Below, piece after piece: positions 62,500 through 64,000 of a stretch of 64,000 nt of DNA; position 1 is the first letter of the stretch; each line of letters opens with the position of its first letter. Origin of the DNA: Camelus ferus (Eukaryota); assembly GCF_009834535.1 (NCBI RefSeq), contig NC_045697.1, positions 110,548,001 to 110,612,000 on the forward strand, written 5' to 3'. A program made the position numbers and the translations under genes. Below the pieces are notes generated by a model that had not been told where the DNA came from, made no database searches, and saw only the letters and a list, made by a program, of their open reading frames with translations.

Positions 62500-62704
62500 C
62501 ATGGTGTGCTGGAACCAGCTCTAAGAACCCATTGTAGACATCTTTCCCCAGCTCCACAATCAGAGACGGCACGTTGACAGCTTGAAGTTAGACATGGTGA
62601 GAGTATTTACACCATGGCAACTGGCTATAAATTCATTTTGTTTTCCCCTTCCTGGGGAAATGTTTATTTAAATAGTTATTTAAATGTTTACCAGCACACT
62701 ACTG
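62500..62704. mobile_element. hAT-Blackjack MITE, MER63A-like
   Basis: TIRs catggtgtgctgg / ccagcacactactg; flanking 8-mers gaaggact / gaagaacc (6/8) fit a decayed hAT TSD; internal catggtgagagtatttacaccatg. Confidence 0.8.
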
Positions 62705-64000
62705 GAAGAACCAGGTGTTTTTTTTTTTTTTTTTCCACTGTTGTATCCTTACCAAATAGGAGTCTTTGGCCACATAATAGATTATCAATGAATATTTGTC
62801 AAATAGGTGAATAATTCAGCGCCTACAGCTCTCCTATCCTCTTGGGATGGCTTTTTCTCTTTACGATCCAACTGTCTTTAGCATTTTCCAAGAGGAGTAT
62901 TGGACAGTGGCCTGTTTACCATTTTTGAGTGGGTTGTGGCAATTAAAATATTGTTTGTATTCATAACTGTTACTTCTTTTCTGGAGGGAACAGATTTCCT
63001 CTCCTCGCGCATGCCCCCAACTTACTGGCTCTTCAAAGGCCCTGTTGTTTATTAAGGCAGAACAAAGGACCCAGCATGAGACAAATGGGACCTACCAGGT
63101 GACAGTGCATATACATCAGCAGAGAGACTGTATACAAATTTATGTGCAGTTACAAATGGAAATCGCTTAAAGTTCCATTTCTGCCCTTCTCATTCAAGCT
63201 TTTCTGGCATTGTTTTTTTTAAGCCTATGTAGAATGTATTGTGGAGAACAAGGCTCAGTTTTAGCTGTTGATCAATTTAATTACTGCCTGTGGGGATGCA
63301 GCATGATACAGCTCTAGGTTTTTCAAATTTGGGACATTCCATGTGACCATTATAATTTTTGCTGTTGACACCGTGTATTAACACATGTGCAAGCCAATTG
63401 TATTGTTATTTGTAATATTTAATATTTTTCTTTAATTGAGCAACTTTTACAAACTTCAGTTTATTTTTAAAGTCATTTTACATCATGCTTTTGAGCGTTT
63501 TATCCCCCTAAGTTCAAATGAAACTAACACATAAAGATGTCCATCTACATACACCAAATATCATCTCATGTACTGTCAGTTGTATCCCTCACACATTTTG
63601 GAAAAAAATTAATAACAGAGAAAGAACCTAGAGTTTGGAGTTGTTTACATTTGGTTGGTATCCTAGATCTCCCAGAAGGGCACTTAGACTCTTAGATCCT
63701 TTATCTGTAAATGCAACTCCCTGACCTTCAGGGCAGGACAGCAAGTAAGATGATGTACAGAACCTGATGACTAAAGGGTGGTGCTCAGAGCAGATGCTCC
63801 ATAGATTAATTTCTTTTTCCATTTACTACTCACCTTTATGACTGGCTCAATCATCTCCTTTTGGCTATTACTAAAGCATATTTTATTGGGATGCAATTTT
63901 TATAGTAAAATGCATCAGTCTTCAGTGTATTCAGATCAGCATTTGTTCATTATTGACTTGATTTACTGTTTGAATTGAATGTTTGAACATTTGACCTCTG

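Noticed and set aside
61627..62577. Cluster of overlapping 60-160 aa ORFs on both strands
   Set aside because: They lie in the GC-richer L1 5' UTR where stop codons are rarer, and none resembles a known protein.
1..64000. A novel multi-gene system, CRISPR array or prokaryotic-type operon
   Set aside because: The DNA is intron-containing mammalian sequence. I saw no regularly spaced repeat-spacer array, and apart from RBM46 the ORFs are short and either transposon-derived or unrecognisable.

Overview
This is AT-rich mammalian genomic DNA with one protein-coding gene, RBM46 (germ-cell RNA-binding protein, hnRNP R/Q-A1CF-RBM47-DND1 family), on the + strand. Four coding exons (5834-5984, 6876-7343, 7836-8618, 36843-37042) have GT-AG boundaries, are joined by phase-1 introns and give a 1602-nt, 533-aa ORF with three RRMs and a dsRBD-like domain. 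The 28-kb last intron holds two more phase-compatible alternative ends: a 60-nt cassette at 28901-28960 (485 aa) and an alternative acceptor at 35784 (470 aa, ending GPF). The promoter and non-coding first exon are not recognisable and probably lie upstream of the window. The rest is intronic or intergenic DNA full of fossil transposons (L1, L2, L3/CR1, MIR, MaLR/ERVL, Tigger, hAT), plus a degenerate U2 snRNA 5' fragment. The young L1 tails and the lack of other lineage-specific SINEs suggest a camelid (inference). I found no convincing novel biological system. Repeat family names come from remembered consensus sequences and repeat boundaries are approximate.
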